Below the pieces are notes generated by a model that was given only the letters and a program-made list of their open reading frames with translations, searched no databases and was not told the origin of the DNA. Positions 29,551 to 32,000 of a stretch of 32,000 bases of DNA are shown here, piece by piece. Made by a program: the position numbers and the translations under genes. The stretch spans positions 690,001 through 722,000 of the forward strand of contig NC_021219.1 of assembly GCF_000392435.1 (NCBI RefSeq). The letters run 5' to 3'. This stretch comes from Candidatus Saccharimonas aalborgensis (lineage in GTDB: Bacteria > Patescibacteriota > Saccharimonadia > Saccharimonadales > Saccharimonadaceae). Position 1 is the first letter of the stretch, and each line of letters opens with the position of its first letter.

Positions 29551-30102
29551 ATGATTCTTTTGTTTGGTCCAACTGGTGCGGGGAAAAGTATGCAAGGTCA
29601 GATGCTTGCCGTCCGTCAGGGATGGAAATGGCTGAGTACCGGTGAAATGCTGCGCGCAAGTGATGATCCAAAAGTAATTGCCGTCTTGAAATCTGGTGAA
29701 CTTGTCAGTGATGAGCTAACCTATGACGTGTTCGATAAGGCTGTTCAGGATGCGAAGGCTAAGCATTTCAAGAATATCATCGTCGATGGCTTCCCACGCA
29801 CTAAAGAGCAGGCTGCGTGGTTAGCAAAGTATCTCGAGAAAAATAATGAGTCCATCGATTTGGTAGTTGTGCTTGAAGTTCCAGAAGCAGAAATTATGAA
29901 ACGTCTTGAATTACGTGGTCGCATGGAAGATACGCCAGAGACAATCGCTAGGCGTATGACAATTTATCGTCAAAAAATGTATCCGGTACTCGGTATCTTT
30001 GCGGAGGAGGGCATCAGGATCCTCCACCTCAACGGCACCGGAACTGCAGGCGAAGTCCATGATCGTATCTACGCCGAGGTAAGTGAGGTATGCCAGAATT
30101 AG
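29551..30102 (+). CDS. adk: Adenylate kinase (short-LID type, 183 aa)
   Basis: P-loop LFGPTGAGKS, the NMP-binding segment LSTGEMLRA, and DGFPRT. The LID region is short (LRGRMEDTPETIARRM) and has no Cys4 zinc motif. Confidence 0.85.
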   Translation: MILLFGPTGAGKSMQGQMLAVRQGWKWLSTGEMLRASDDPKVIAVLKSGELVSDELTYDVFDKAVQDAKAKHFKNIIVDGFPRTKEQAAWLAKYLEKNNESIDLVVVLEVPEAEIMKRLELRGRMEDTPETIARRMTIYRQKMYPVLGIFAEEGIRILHLNGTGTAGEVHDRIYAEVSEVCQN

Positions 30103-30857
30103 TCACCGGCCAAAAAACGCCGGTACAAATCGAGGCAATGCGTCAAGGTGGTCGTATTTTAGCTCGTATTTTTGCTGATCTTAGGGATTATGTTCACGCA
30201 GGTCTATCGGAAAAAGAGATCGATGCGTTTGTATCGCAGAAAATTGCTGACTATGGTGCGAGCGCAACATACCTTACTGAAGATGTAAACTTTCCAGGAG
30301 TGATCTGTATCAGTGTAAATGAAGAGATTGTGCATGGTATCCCGACCAATTATGTGCTGCAAAAGGGTGATATTGTGAGTTTTGATCTTGTCATAACCTA
30401 TAAAGAAATGGAGACCGATAGCGCCTTTACGATGATGGTTGATGAGCAGCCGACGGGGGCAGCCAAGCACCTGCTTGCCGCAACAGAGCGTAGCCTCTAT
30501 GCGGGAATCGATGCGATTAAAGGACCGGTCTATACTGGCGATATTTCTGCTGCCATTGAGGCAGTATTGCGGGCGTCAAAATTGGGAATTATCCGTGAGT
30601 TGGTGGGTCATGGTGTCGGGCTCTCGATGCACATGCCACCCGATATACCAAATTATGGCCGAAAAGGTACGGGGGTACTACTGAAACCTGGCGATACCAT
30701 CGCGATTGAGCCGATGGCAACACTTGGGGGTGAAGCGATTGCGCAACTTGATGATGGGTGGACATATGTGACGCGCGACGGGAGTCTTGCGGCTCATTTC
30801 GAGCACACTGTTCTGATTACTGAAAACGGTGCAGAAATCTTAACGTTAGCAGTATAA
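30090..30857 (+). CDS. map: Methionine aminopeptidase, type I
   Basis: Pita-bread-fold metal ligands appear in order (D..D in FDLV..D, GHGVG, IEP, and FEHTVLIT). It overlaps the adk stop by 13 nt. Confidence 0.92.
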   Translation: MPELVTGQKTPVQIEAMRQGGRILARIFADLRDYVHAGLSEKEIDAFVSQKIADYGASATYLTEDVNFPGVICISVNEEIVHGIPTNYVLQKGDIVSFDLVITYKEMETDSAFTMMVDEQPTGAAKHLLAATERSLYAGIDAIKGPVYTGDISAAIEAVLRASKLGIIRELVGHGVGLSMHMPPDIPNYGRKGTGVLLKPGDTIAIEPMATLGGEAIAQLDDGWTYVTRDGSLAAHFEHTVLITENGAEILTLAV

Positions 30858-30891
30858 GGTATCCGTAAGCGCTATGCTATAATAGCGGTAT

Positions 30892-32000
30892 ATGCAAGAA
30901 CAAAATCGATATGCAGTCGGTATTGATGTCGGAACAACGATGATTCGTTGCGTGGTGGGACACGTCGATCCGGCGACCGGAACCCCTACGATCGTGGGAG
31001 TCGGACAAGCGCCAAACACAGGAATGAGAAAAGGAACAGTAGTAAATCTCGCCGGTCCAGCACATGCGATCGATGAGGCGCTTGGTGAGGCCGAACGAAT
31101 GAGTGGTTACGAGGTAAACGATGCCACGATGAGTATTAATGGCTCGCACATACTTAGTACGAAAGCCGACGGTATGATTGCTGTCGGGATGGCAGATCAT
31201 GAAATCAATAGTGAAGATTTACGACGCATCGAAGAAGTAGCTACAACAGGCAAGGTGCCCGCTAACCGCGAAATCCTAGAGGTTGTGCCGCATAGTTACA
31301 TACTCGACGGCCAGACGGGCATAAAAGACCCTCTCGGTATGTCGGGTACTCGCCTAGAGATAGATGCAAATGTTATTTCGGCACTGAGTCCGTATGTTTC
31401 TAGTTTGCAAAAAGCAGCCGAAATGGCGACCGTCCACCCCAATGCCCTTGTCGTATCAGTGCTGGCGGCTGCCAAAGCATCGCTTGGTGAGCAACAGATT
31501 GAAAGCGGCGTGGCGGTTGTTGATATCGGCGGAGCCACGACCGGTGTAGCCGTATTTGAAGAGGGTGATCTACAATACGTTGGCATTATACCGATAGGTG
31601 GTGCCAATATTACTAATGATTTGGCGATTGGGCTCAAAGCTGATCCCGAGCTCGCTGAAAAAGTAAAAGTGACCCATGCGGTCGCTGTATCAAGAAAAGA
31701 AAACGAAGGTGTAAGTGTAAAACACGGCGGCGAAGTGATGTCGTTTTCGACCCAGGATATTGATGAGATTGTCGAAGCACGACTTGAAGAACTATTTGAG
31801 GCTGTCCAAAAGGAGTTGAAAAAGGCTGGTAGGGCGGGACAGTTGCCGAGCGGTGTTGTGCTAACTGGTGGAGGTGCCAAACTAAAAGGAATTGCGGAGT
31901 ACGCAAAAGAACAATTAGGGTTAGCGGTGCGTGTCGGTAAACCCGGCGGGTTCGGAGGAGTGGCTGACCAAATAGAAGAGCCGCAGTTTGCGACAGCAGT
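30892..32000 (+). CDS. ftsA: Cell division protein FtsA (3' end outside the window)
   Basis: This gene is absent from the ORF track because no stop falls in the window. Hand translation from ATG 30892 is open to base 32000: MQEQNRYAVGIDVGTTMIRCVV.., VVDIGGATTGVAVFEEG.., IPIGGANITNDLAIGL, VLTGGGAKLKGI. Confidence 0.88.
   Translation, partial: MQEQNRYAVGIDVGTTMIRCVVGHVDPATGTPTIVGVGQAPNTGMRKGTVVNLAGPAHAIDEALGEAERMSGYEVNDATMSINGSHILSTKADGMIAVGMADHEINSEDLRRIEEVATTGKVPANREILEVVPHSYILDGQTGIKDPLGMSGTRLEIDANVISALSPYVSSLQKAAEMATVHPNALVVSVLAAAKASLGEQQIESGVAVVDIGGATTGVAVFEEGDLQYVGIIPIGGANITNDLAIGLKADPELAEKVKVTHAVAVSRKENEGVSVKHGGEVMSFSTQDIDEIVEARLEELFEAVQKELKKAGRAGQLPSGVVLTGGGAKLKGIAEYAKEQLGLAVRVGKPGGFGGVADQIEEPQFATA

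Overview
The window looks like a chromosomal segment of a small-genome Candidatus Saccharibacteria (TM7, Patescibacteria/CPR) bacterium. The 16S gene carries the sequences I remember as TM7-specific probe and primer targets. Most of the rest is translation, replication and division housekeeping: gyrA 3' end, rpsA, infB, the priA-def-fmt cluster, recJ, rpsU, yqeY, adk, map and ftsA.

Three parts are not ordinary.

(1) rRNA locus, about 840-8430. It is fragmented into three apparent transcription units: 16S; tRNA-Ala/Ile/Val; 23S-5S. Each has its own near-consensus promoter. An opposite-strand gene and an orphan ORF sit between 16S and 23S. The 23S carries an AT-rich insertion of about 190-215 nt. 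Both tRNA-Val and 5S have a near-exact copy of their 3' end about 210 bp downstream, which resembles an attachment-site scar.

(2) Locus 14769-21893, my best candidate for an undescribed system. It is a divergent gene pair of operons centred on a 1,510-aa membrane protein whose C-terminus has glycosyltransferase (GT-A/GT2)-like motifs. It is flanked by three paralogous small acidic proteins, a fourth acidic protein and a 278-aa amphipathic-helix membrane protein. I could not assign a function to any of them from sequence alone.

(3) At least eight genes have a -10 box (often TGn-extended) only 6-9 nt upstream of the start codon. That implies leaderless mRNAs alongside Shine-Dalgarno-led genes.

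I found no CRISPR array, transposase or integrase, and no sign of a non-standard genetic code. All functional calls rest on motifs read by eye, and no database search was possible.
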